A stretch of DNA of 63,829 nt, filler included, from Hyphochytrium catenoides (lineage: Eukaryota; Protista; Hyphochytriomycota): assembly GCA_900088475.1 (NCBI GenBank). It is 7 parts of 7 records of this genome, joined end to end, with 100 filler letters (N's around TTAATTAATTAA, not from the genome) between each part and the next. Parts side by side here need not be neighbours in the genome. Positions count along the whole stretch, not along the records: positions 23,549 to 47,689 come from FLMG01002342.1; 6 more parts are not named here. One strand, 5' to 3'. The notes beneath the pieces were generated by a model that made no database searches, was not told the origin of the DNA, and saw only the letters and a list, made by a program, of their open reading frames with translations. The first letter of the stretch is position 1. Each line of letters starts with the position of its first letter. Positions 28,385-40,071 of the stretch are shown here, one piece after another. The position numbers and the translations under genes were made by a program.

Positions 28385-28816
28385 AGAGACACACAAGGCA
28401 AAAGAGAGAGAGAGAGAGCAAGAGAGGGAGACAGCAAGAGAAAGAGAGAGAACACAAAAGAGAGAGAGAAAGAGAGTACGAAAAGAAGAGGGGCGAGAGA
28501 AAGAGGGACCATGTTCACGCAGGTGTTTACCGCCAAGTAACAGACCAGAGAAGGAACCGAAGCATTTCATAGAGAGGAAAAGTAGCATAGGAGACTGATT
28601 GCCAAGCGGAGGTCCGGAGCAAAGAGAAGAAGGATGAGCGAGAGGGAGAGATCTCGTTTGACCCAAGGACAAAGGCAACGCACCCCACTCTCACTCTCTG
28701 CCTCTTACTTCTCTTTCCTCGCTATCACCATCATTCTCTCTTTTGCTCTCCCCCTTTCACTTTCCCTTAGGCCAGTTTCATAGTCACTTGAAGAGAGAGG
28801 AAGAAGCCGAAAAATA

Positions 28817-29889
28817 ATGGAAGAGAGAGAGAGCTCTTCTCTGCCAAGAGAAGAAGAGAGAGGACAACGATATGTGATCCTGGGCGTCTGTGGTCAGTCT
28901 TTTTGAACCCATCAACCAACTTCAAGCCTGGTCTCGTCTCTTCTCTTTTGCCTTTGATCTCTCTCTCTCTCTCTCTCTCTCTCGGTCTCTCTCTGTTTCT
29001 ATCCTTAACTGTCTTTAGCTATGACTTTACATCTCTTTCAATTGAACTCTCTCTCTTTCTGATTCTTTTGTTTTTTTTTTTATCTCTTTGTTCTTCTCTC
29101 CCTACATCTCCTCCTGTTTCCTTTGGTTCTGGGTCTCCCACTCTCTCCTTCTTCTCGTCTCCCCTCCTCTTTTTCTCCGTCCTCCTTCTTTCATCTTTCT
29201 ATTTCAGTCCCTTCCGCTGCCAGTTTCTAATCTTCTCTCTCTCTTTTCTCTCTCTCTCTCTCTCTCTCTCTCGCTCTCGCTCTTTCTTTCTCTTTCTCTC
29301 TCTTATTCCTCTCTCCTTTCGCTTCTCCCGCTGCAACTTCAGGCTCTGGAAAAACAACTTTGGGCCAGCGGATCGCCAAGGCGAGGAAGATCCCGCAGTT
29401 AGAGCTGGACAGCATCATCTGGCAGGACAACTGGGAGAAGACAGAGATAGAGGAGGCAAGAAAGAGAGTCTCATGCTTCATCGAAGAGAGAGAAAGAGAA
29501 AGAGAAGGCTGGTGCATTGATGGCAACTGTTCCTACCTCCAAGATATTACTCTTGGAAAAAGTGACACGATCATCTGGCTGCGTTTCTCTCTTTCTCTCA
29601 TTTACTTTCGACTCATTCCGCGGACTCTGTCTCGGATCTGGACAGGAGTCTCTCTCTGGGAAACGAACAACAAAGAAACAGTGAGAGGCTCTTTTTGCTC
29701 TCGAGAGTCTCTCTTCCTCTACGCCTGGAGCTCTTATTGGAAGCGGGAGAAGGACTACCCGTCTCTGTTGGAGAGAGAGAGAGAGAGAAAGGAAAGAGAG
29801 TACTCGTCTTTCGCTCTCCTCAAGAGCTGGAGAGGTGGCTATCTACCTGGGAAGAGAGAGAAGGAGACGACACGGCCATATCGAGATAG
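28817..29889 (+). CDS. Bacterial-type adenylate-kinase-like P-loop kinase (topology-modulation/FlaR-like); frameshift in (GA)9 at 29771-29788
   Basis: Exon 1 RYVILGVC joined to exon 2 GSGKTT gives the P-loop across an intron. Further motifs LELDSIIW, GWCIDGN and DTIIWL. The family-like C-terminus VLVFRSPQELERWL is in a shifted frame. Confidence 0.8.
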
Positions 29890-30089
29890 TGGCGCCGGAA
29901 GTAGGAGAAATGGATGTAAATCAAGAGTTTCAGTGTCCTTGCTTTCTCTTTTTCTCTTCCTGTTCGTATAGCTTTGTCGCTCTTCTGATCTCTCTCTTCC
30001 CGTCCTCTTGAATCGTCTCTTTCGAGGGGATTCTCTCTTCTTCGGCATCTCTGCCGATGCTATCCAAGGAACTATCTTTTGGCTCTGGG

Positions 30090-30133
<44 letters not shown>

Positions 30134-30454
30134 AATGAGAAAGACACGGCAGGGGTCATCAGGAGAGAGACGTAGAAGAGAGAGGAAAAAGAGAAAGGTA
30201 GGGAGAGGTCAAAGGTCAAAGCCAGTACCCGCTTTCAAGGCGAAAGATTTCCTTCGTATCTTTCAAAGAATGGTAGTTGCTTCAAGGGAACAAAGGTATA
30301 GGTGAAGCCTTCAATTTGTTCTCTGGGGGAATGTTTCAAGGGAGGTGCCACCGCTTCTGATCGCCAATCAAAGAGAAAAGATGTTGGGCAAGAGAGACAG
30401 AATAGCTTCGCAACTACTCTCCTCTCTTTCATCTCATCTGTTCTCTTCCAGCCC

Positions 30455-30506
<52 letters not shown>

Positions 30507-30824
30507 CTCTTTTTCTCTCTCTTTTTCTCTCTCTCTCTGCCTCTTCCTCTCCGCTTTCCTTCCCCATTCATGCCTCTTATTTACTGCAAGCTCGCCTGCA
30601 TTCTGTTTTCAACCGCTTCAGGTGCTTCTTCTGCCTCTGTGGGCCCAACTTGAGAGAGAGGGAGACAGAACTATCAGCGAGAGAGAAGAGGCAGATATCT
30701 ACTAGCCAAAGAGAGAGGAGAAAGAGGAACAGCAGGGGTAAGGGCTTCAAAGGTTGCGAGCTAAAAGACAGAGAGAGAGAGAGAGAGAAGAAGGCAGAAA
30801 GGAGAGACTCTCCTTCCTTTCGCC

Positions 30825-31228
30825 ATGGAGGACGTCAAGTTACAAGCCTTTCATGATACGCTGGCCAAGCTCGCCCCCAAGGGCGGGAGGGTAAGGACAA
30901 CGTCCCATCGAGCTGTCTCCACTTCTCCCTGCGTGCTTGTGTTCTTCGTCTCTCTCTCTCTTTTGCGTTCCTCATCTCTCTCTCTCTTTTGCTTTCTCTC
31001 TCTCTCTCTTGGTTCCCCTCCCTTTCTTTCTCTCTGTTACGGCTCTCTGTCTCTCTCTTCTTTTGTTGCTACCTCTCTATCTTGAGCACATCTTCTCTTT
31101 CCACTTTCTGACCCTCCAGTCTGCCTCTCTCCGTTTGTAGGGTGGTCTGGGAATGGGAGGAGCCTTTGGCAAGGCTCAGAAGCGCGATGATGGGCTGCCC
31201 ATCAATGGTAAGGCGCACTCTCTCTCTT

Positions 31229-31261
<33 letters not shown>

Positions 31262-31462
31262 GTCTCTTTCTCTCTCTCTCTCTCTTTCTCCTTCATGCTC
31301 ATGGGTTGCCTTGCCTTGGCAGCTGGCTTATGTGTCATCTGTTCCAATTGAACTTCGTTCTCTTTCGCTTCTCTTCCTTACTTCTTTCTTCTACCAGTTA
31401 CTTTCTCTTTCTTCCCTTTCGCCCCCTGTTCGAATGGCTCAGTTTCTGCCCCTCTCACTCAC

Positions 31463-31496
<34 letters not shown>

Positions 31497-32456
31497 TATT
31501 GAACACCGCCGATAGGGTTGTACTCAAATTTTGTCCGGGCTGGCCACTCTGGCTATATAAAGTTCCAAGAGGACGAGGAGGAGGAGGAAGAAGAATCGAA
31601 TGATAGAAAAGCGAGTGAGGAGAAGAAAAAGGAGAAGAAACAGAAGAAAAAAGAGAAGAAAAAGGAGGAGAAAAAGAGAGAGAAAGACCTGAAAGACAAG
31701 GAAGAAGACAGTCCCTCTTCTACAGGAAAGAAAGAAGAAGAGGAAGATAAGTTAGAAAGGAAGGAGAAAAAGAAAGAGAAGAAGTCTAAGAAGGAGAAGG
31801 AGGCACAGGAAGACGAGAGCCAGCCAGAGAAAGACAGCACGAAGAAGAAAGAAGAGAAGAAAGAGGGAAAGAAGAAACGCAAGAAAGAAGAGACATCCTC
31901 GTCTTCTTCCTCTTCTTCCTCATCCAGTGACGAGGCTGCACCAGCAAAAAAGAAAGAGACCAAGAAAAAGAAGGAGAAGAAGGTCAAAAAGACTAAAGTT
32001 CAGGTCGAACAGCAGCCTGTAGAAGACAACGAAGGAAAGGAGAAGCTCATCAAAGTGGTCAAGAAAGAGAAAAAGAAGAAGAAAGAGAAGGAGGAAACTG
32101 CAGAAAAACAGGAGAATGGGGCAGAGCAGGAAAACCCAGAAGACTCAGAAGAGAAGAAAGTCGCCAAAAAAGACAAGAAGGCCAAGAAAACATTGAAACG
32201 CGAGAAAGAAAAGCAAGAGTTGGAAGAGAGAGTGGAGCTAGAGAAGAAAGAAGATAGTGTTAGCGATAGCAAATCTGAAAAGAAGAAGAAGAAAAAAGAG
32301 AAGAAAGAGAGCCAAGATGGAGATAATGAGGAAGACAAAAAGAAGAGAAAGTTAGCGGCAGCAATGGTGGACGATTCATCACAAGGTGGGGAGATCCAAG
32401 AACTAGAGAAGCCTAAGAAGAAGGCTAAGAAGTCAAAGAAGGAGAAAAAAGCATAG
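30825..32456 (+). CDS. Lys/Glu-rich low-complexity protein, probably nucleolar (3 exons)
   Basis: MEDVKLQAFHDTLAKLAPKGGR | GGLGMGGAFG...PIN | GLYSNFVRAG, followed by about 300 aa of KKEKK repeats; canonical splice sites. Confidence 0.7.
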
Positions 32457-32509
32457 ATCATGGTAGTAAGACAACGTATAATATAAGGCTTTATGGCCAA
32501 CTAATATCG

Positions 32510-34008
32510 TCACTCCAGATAATCAAAGTTATCGTCAATGCCGAGCATCTTGTCAATCTGCAGAAGGGGAGAGAGATGTGCGGGAAATGGATGGCAAGAA
32601 GTACACAAAAAAATGTGAGCTTGATTGTATAGTATCTGGCTCTTCTCTAACACTTACCTCCTTTGAGGCGAGGCCATACTTCTTTACTGTCCAAGACTTG
32701 AGGGACCAGATATTATCTAAACATTAGGGTGAGAGTACAGCAAGGCGAGATTTCTATGAGAGAGGCTGTATAGGGCAAGAGGCAGGACATCATGAAGTCC
32801 AAAAAGAGGTGAAAGCAAAAGATTGAGGAGCTCCATCAGCCATTTGGCATTGAAACATGTAAAGAAGAGTTTGCCTCGAGAGGAAGCTGGGGAAGGTCAT
32901 ACCTGTCCATCGGTTGCATGCGTCTCGGTTGATGGCGACTTGCTTGGCTGTTCGGCAGAAGCATGACAGTCAATTAGAAGTACCACAGTGCCTTAACGGA
33001 CTTCGAAGGAAGAAAATGTGAAAGCAATAGAACAAAACCAAGCTGTCCCTAGGTTTACGCGGGATAGGGCAGACGCGATAAGACAGAAAGACCCATGGCT
33101 CCTACCAAGCTCAGCAATATATTCGGGGTCATTCTCCTTGTACATCTCCAGTGTCTTGTCAACTTCGGCTAGCTCCTTCTTTAGAGCTTCATAACGCTGC
33201 AGCCGCTGCGTCCGCTCATCCTATGGCGTCGTCGGATAACGTAGCATAACACATGGCGTTGCATAAGGTACCTTAGCAACAAGAAATGGAGAGAGATGAA
33301 CTGCATAGATTGGGGAGATAATACTACAGTGAACAATGGCGAGGGAAAGCTACAGCCCATCTATGACGAAGAGAGAAAATACCACGCCCATGTCTGACGC
33401 AGAATGTAGGAGGAGGTTGAAAGATATGAAGCTGCATTGTACTATCACCGATGGTCGCCTTTCATTCCTTAGCTTTTCCACTTCTATTTCAAGGGCAGGG
33501 ATGCTTTCGTTTATCGACTTTATCTTCGCCTCCATCTCTTCAAGTTTAATCTGCTTCTACTCACAGGAGAATAGGATAAGCGCACGTTCGAGGATCGTCT
33601 ATGGTGCTCTATTCTGGGTTTTCTTACCTTTTGAGAAAGTTTGCTTGGAAAGGACCAAAAATAATTGCCGGAACCAATTTTCTCGGTATCGACGAGCCCA
33701 TCGTCCACTAGCGCCTGGTTGACGTCCTTGATACTTTGCAGCACTAGAAAAAGTGTCGTTTAACCTGGAGAATGAGAGGTCGCAGGTCACCCTTAATCAT
33801 GCCCTTGTCACGCACCTACGCCAGCTTTTGCGCCAAGTTTCTCAACTTCCTTGAGATTGAAGACTTCTTTCTGTTGTGGTGGAAAGCAGCGTCTTTAGTG
33901 GTGGCGGTAATGGAAGCTAATGCGGCTAAATCTACTCACGGTCGAGTGGTAGATATGCAGAATCCGTTTCCTCTTCTCATCAGCTGATACTCCCTTTCGC
34001 TTGGACAT
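32510..34008 (-). CDS. MND1: Meiotic nuclear division protein 1 (about 8 exons)
   Basis: [17 protein letters not shown]; [50 protein letters not shown]; YKENDPE; [15 protein letters not shown]; [10 protein letters not shown]. Confidence 0.95.
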
Positions 34009-34940
34009 AGTATATATTTTGACAGCAAAAGACGTTGGAACAAGAAAGAAGGAGTATTTGTGCCGTCACACAATGGTGCGTTCTTCTTGTTCAGTTGCCG
34101 AGACGCCAAGTACCGTGAACACAATCTGACGCTGCTGCTTCCAAGCTCTACAATTGTGCTTCAGTCCTAATGGCGGGATTGTATGGTATATCTTCACATG
34201 AAGCTCCGATCTGTTCAAGAAAATTCAATCTGAGAGCAAACCTTTTTGCAGCTTTCGCGATGAGGAAAATCCGATAATGGCAGAGAATAGCACTTTTCTT
34301 ATTTGAGTTTTTCCCAGAAACGGAAATGCGAATCTCGTCTCCTCCTGCTTATCTCCCGCCAAAATCAAGAGAATAACTAAATAAGAAGATGGACTGATAA
34401 CCGGCTAGCCCCATTGTCAAATTGGCTCCTGCGCTTTCTTCACACTTGTGTGAACTGTGAGCTTATTAGCTCCTAGGCTTTCTCCAGGCTAGTTGTAAAT
34501 TCACTTGGCTTTGAGGAGAAAGTCAATGTGTGAAGTTTACGTTTGAGTGGTTTTTCACACCATATGGCCCTGTCAAATTACCATCCTGGAAGAAGGAGAC
34601 ACGGGTCCGAGGGGAGGTGTGGCTTCGCTTCTGATGGGGTTTGGTGATGTGGTGGGCACAATGTTGGAGAGCAAAAGGGCATGCAGGTCATCTCTCTCTC
34701 TCTCTCTGTCTCTCTCAACAGCTCCCTCTCTCGCGTTGTCTCTTTCTGTCTCTCCCGCTCGCTCGCTCTGTGTCTCTCTCTACAGCTCCCTCTCTCTCTC
34801 TCTCTGTCTGTCTCTCCCCCGCTCGCTCCCTCTCTTTCTCTCTTTCCCCTCTCACTTTCTCTTTTCACTTGCTCGCTCTCTTTCTCTGTGTCCTGTCTCT
34901 CTTCCTGCCTGCTCTCTCTCTCTCACTCTCTCTCTCTCAC

Positions 34941-34972
<32 letters not shown>

Positions 34973-35243
34973 CCTCCCTGTGTCCATCTAGCTCGCGCTC
35001 TTCGGATCTCCCAGAGCTTTTACACTTGTACTCCTCTCACTTTCTCCTCCCACTCTGACATCTGGCTGTCTTCCCCGCTTTCCTCCCTTCACTTTCCCTC
35101 GTGTACTCGTACTGCCGCAACTTTCTCTCTCGCGCGCGTTAGACTTTCTCTTTCCTCTTTCTGCTGCCAAATCGTCACTTGTCTGCAGTCTGCAGACGCA
35201 TCCCAGCGCCGAAGAGCAGCGACATCGAGAAAGGGAAGACAGC

Positions 35244-37370
35244 ATGAAGGCGCTCACTGCAGACGAGGTCGCGGCTCTGTATCAAGAGACCGCTAACCTC
35301 ACACCTCTGCGCATCACTGCCGGCTGGATTCTGCCTTCTGAAGACGCAGGACCGACCGTCATCGGGCAGTTTACTCAGCCAGACATCCCAGCAGGCAAAC
35401 GCCGCGCCATCCTTCGGACCTTTGCTCCTCAACGGAGCAAAGCAGGCGAAAGCGAGGGAGTTCTCGCTCCTCTCACTCCCTTCCCGACAGAGCTCAACGA
35501 TGTCATCAACATCTCTTTCTCTCCATCAGGCAACAAGATGGCTGTTGTCAAGGCCCAAAAGGGCAAGAATGGAGCTTCAGATTCTCAGAATATTGAGATC
35601 TGGGACAGAGATCATTTGGAAAAGATCATTGAGCTTGCAGATCACGGCACTTTCCTTCGTGACAACTGGTTTGAGAGCTTTGAATGGAGCAAGGAAGAGA
35701 CATGGTTCCTCTTCATTGCCCAGCCTAAGAAGGCTGAAGCTCCAGGCTTCTTTGACGCGAAGAAGAAGAAAGCAGGAGAGAAAGGGGAAGAGAAAGAGAA
35801 AGGGAAGACTTTTGAATATCAGGAAGATTGGGGAGAGAAGTACGTTGAAGTCTCCAACCCTCGCGTCTTCGTGGCGCATTGTAAGACAGGAAAAGTGGAG
35901 AAGGTGGGCGGCATTCCTCTCTCTCTCTCCGCTGGACAGGCAGTTCTCTCTCCAGATGAGAAGTCTGTCATCTTCACTGGCTGGAAGAATGACCCGCGGA
36001 GACTGGGGATGATCTACTGCTATCAAAGACGCTGTGGACTCTATTCTCTTCCTCTCTCTCCCTCTCTTGACAAGATAAAAATGGACAAAGAAGAGGAAGA
36101 GAAAGAGATAGAGAAGAAGAAGACAGAGAAAAAAGAAGAGAAAGAAGAAGACGATCTCACTGTTCTTCTTACGCCTGAGGACCCCACGGCGCGTTGTCCC
36201 CGGTTCTCTCCTGACGGGAAGAAGCTTATCTTTCTCTCTTCTCCTGGAGCAAAGACGCACAATACGAGCTTCAGACTTCGCTTGATGGACTGGCCGTCTA
36301 AAGCCATAAAGACAGTCATCGACATCGTAAACGCTCCTTCTTCTTCTTCTTCTTCTTTCTCTTCTTCTTCTTCTCTCTCTCCTCCAGATTTTCCAGGTAT
36401 CTTCTGCGGTGGATTTCCTTCAAACGTATGGGGAGACAATAGCAAGGACGTCTTCTTCTCCTCCCAGTGGCGCTCGACTGAGACAGTTCTTAGGGTCAAT
36501 GTGGAGACAGGGCAGATAGAAAGACTAAACAGGGAAGAAGAGGGCTCTCTTTCTCTCTTGGCAGTCAAGAATGACTCTCTTCTCTGCTGTCGAAGCTCTC
36601 CTGTCTCTCCTCCCCAGCTGGTTCTTCTCTCTCTTGGGACGTCGTCGTCTTCTATCTCTCGATGGAGCACCAGAGTGCCAGTGTCTCCCTCAGAATTGAG
36701 GAAGGACCTGGAGAGAATGGACTGGGAGATTCTCTTCATCCCGCCTACGAAGAATTGTAAGGACTTTGTGGCTCAAGACTGCTTCTTTTTCTTCTTCTTG
36801 ACTCTCTTATAAGTTCCTCTTGGTGTTTCCCTCGCTTTCTGCCCTCGGGCCCTCCCGGTTGGCTTAAGCCTCTCTCTCTCTCTCTCTCTTTCTCTTTTCT
36901 TCTATTGTCCTTCTGATCTCCGCACATCCTTTCTCTCCCACGGTGCTTCTGGCTCTTTCTGCGAGGTGCCTCTGTCTCCCTCATCCAATCTGGGTGAATT
37001 GAGGCTCTCTTTGTTCTAAGTAATCTTCTTTCTCTCCCGTCCATATCCTTCTCTCTCCGTCTCGTCTCAATAATTTGCAGCGGTCTCCGTAAGTCTAACA
37101 ACCTCTCTTTCTCACTCTCTCTCTCTCACTTTCTCTTCCACTGTTTGTCTCTCCTCAGTGGAGCGATGCGCACAGCCATTCGAGTGTATCCTCCTCCGTC
37201 CACAGAAGAAAGAGAGAGAAGCAGAGACGTCTCGTCCTCCTCTCATTGTCTTCCCTCACGGTGGTCCGCACAGCGCATTCCCCACTCATTTTTCGATCAA
37301 CTTGGCTTTCCTCGCTCGTTTGGGCTACGCTGTGCTGCTGGTGAACTTTAGAGGATCCACAGGTAGAGAG

Positions 37371-37401
<31 letters not shown>

Positions 37402-39040
37402 ATGACAGAAAAGTAGAGAAATTGGTCACACTGCTTCTCCCTCTTTGCTCATGCTAGAGTCAAATTCTCTCCCGCCCCTAGCACTCGTCGTCTCTCACGC
37501 TTGAATCATCAGATCTCGGTACTGTCTGACTTCCCTTCTCTCTCTCTCCATTCCTCTCTCTCTCGCCCCCACGCATCACTTCTCTCTCTCTCTCACACAC
37601 GCAGGTGCGCTTATATAAAGACACTATCGTTTTCTTCACTAATATCACCTTCCCTCTCTCCTGGGTCCTTCCCCACTTAGGCTTCGGTCTGGAATTTCTT
37701 GAGTGCCTTCCAGGAAAGATAGGAGAGATTGATATCTCGGATACAATGGACGCCATACATTATGTCCTAGGGAGACATCCCGCAGCGAAAGAGAGAGAGA
37801 GAGAAACAGAAGAAGAGAAACTTCTCTATCTTGGAGGCAGTCACAGTGGCTTCATGGGCGGACACCTCTCGGGACGATATCCAGACCTTTTCAAGGTAAG
37901 AGACGAGGAGAAAAGATGAGGGGAAAAAGAGGGAAAATGAGAAAGAGGGAGGAAGGAATCTGGCAGTCATTGTCTCTCTCTCTCTGACCACCTCTTCTCA
38001 CCTCCTTTCGTTTCTCTCTCTTCCTGTTTCTCTCCTGCAAGGCGGTCTGCATCCGTAACCCTGCCCTGGACCTGCCTGGCATGGTCTCTCAGACAGATAT
38101 CCCAGACTGGTGCCACATCGAGAGCGGAGGAGAGTTTGACTTTCAGACATTCCGTCCTCCAAGTAAAGAAGAGTTAGAGAAGATGTTTGATGCCTCTCCC
38201 CTGCAGTATGTCGAGAAGGTAAAGAGGAGCAGGGCGGGATGAAAGACTGACAGTCTTGTTCTCTCTCCCTCTCTCTCTCTTCGATCACAGACAGACATCT
38301 TACTCTCTCTTAACTCTTTGCACGGCTTTTCAACTTTTCTTTTCCCCTCTGCGGAGCGACGGCTCCAGCTCTTCCCATCTGTGTTTTCTCTCTTTTTGGG
38401 GGTTGTTTCTTCCTTCGAACTCTCTCTCCGTTGGCGGTCTCTCTCATCATTCTCTCTGAATCTCTTGCCCTTGTCAATGATAACACTCTTTTCTCTATCA
38501 CTGTCTGTTTGTCATGCTGCTCTCTCCTCATCCTGTCACTCTCTTTCTCTCTCTCTCTCCAGGTTCAGAGCCCCACGCTGCTGCTTGTCGGAGCGAAAGA
38601 CAGGCGAGTTCCAATGTCCGCATCTATCCAGTGGTACCACTCACTCAAGGCTCAAGGCACGCCTGTCAGGTACTGGCGAAAGCTGTCTCCACCGTCTCTC
38701 AGTTAAAAACCTTCTCTCTTTTGCCCTGCGCCCTATTCCTTTTTCTCTTTGCTGTCAACTGTCTCTTCATCTCTGCTTCCTCTTGCTATTTACTCTCCCT
38801 GTTANNNNNNNNNNNNNNNNNNNNNNNNNNNNNNNNNNNNNNNNNNNNNNNNNNNNNNNNNNNNNNNNNNNNNNNNNNNNNNNNNNNNNNNATTCCTCCT
38901 AACTCTGACTCCTCTCTATGTTCAGGATGCTGGTATATCCAGAGGACGTACACGCCATCGACAATGCGAAGAGTGAGGCCGACGCGTATATTAACACAGC
39001 GCTTTGGTTCCAGCAGTATCTCCATCATAAACGCAGCTGA
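35244..39040 (+). CDS. APEH: Acylamino-acid-releasing enzyme (acylpeptide hydrolase, peptidase S9C), 6 exons
   Basis: [45 protein letters not shown]; nucleophile GGSHSG; RNP...TDIPDWC; catalytic Asp in GAKDRRVP and His in YPEDVHAI. Confidence 0.93.
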
Positions 39041-39146
39041 TAGCTAAGAGGGACCAAGTCAGAAGAAGCGCTTTGTAAACAAAGAGGGCTAAGAGAGAGA
39101 GAGAGAAAACAAGAGAGAGAGAGAGAGAATATAAGAGAGAAGGAGG

Positions 39147-40011
39147 TTACAGCTGCCCCGTAGCTCTCATGCTCAACGCGGCTTCCAAGAACCTAAAGAT
39201 AATAAAATGTGAGGGGAAGTATTCGGTCAGAAGAGCCTAAGAATATAGGGAAGAAGTGAGAGAGAAGAAGAAAGAGAAAGAGATATCGGAGAGGAAAGAG
39301 TGTGAAATAAGGTGAGAGAGAGGAGACAGTGAGAGAGAGAGAGAGAAGAAGCGAAAGTAAAGTCACAAAGACATTTCCTGCCCACAGCAGAACTCTTGCT
39401 CTCTCTGCGGCTCTTCCTCTGACACGTCCAAATCAAGACGAGAGGGGAAGAGCGATAGGGAGAAAGTGGCCAAGAAAGAGAAAGCGCCTGTCCACTTACT
39501 CGTCAATCTCTCCTTTCAAGGCTCTGCTCGGATTCCCTGTGTGACAGCCAGTTCTATGATCCTTCACAATCTGTTCATGCCAGCAGGAGACGAGAGATGT
39601 TCAGTAACTAGGAGAGAGAGAGAGATGTTAACCTGAGAGAGAAACAGAAGAGAGGGAGAGAAACAGGTTTTAGCAGAAGAAGAGAGACAGAATTGAGAGC
39701 CAGACAGGAAGAGGGAGGCTCGGGTAGAGTCAAGCTTTTTCTGACCTGAGTGCCATCCAGGACGTAGGAGCGAATCTGTGGGAACAGAAAGCAAGGGTGC
39801 TTCTGTTAGCGGGAGAGTAGGCTACTGGCTCATCCTTTTGGACTAGCCACTTTTCTTCTTCCTTTCTCTCTTCTTTCTCACTCACACTCTCTCTTTCTCT
39901 TTATGTGTGCCTGTCCCTCTTATTTCGCTCTCTGCCCGGGTTGGACGCTCTCTCCCTGGTCCTCCACAAGAAGGTCGGTCGCACTGCAGTCACATTAGCT
40001 CTCTGTGTGTT

Positions 40012-40071
<60 letters not shown>

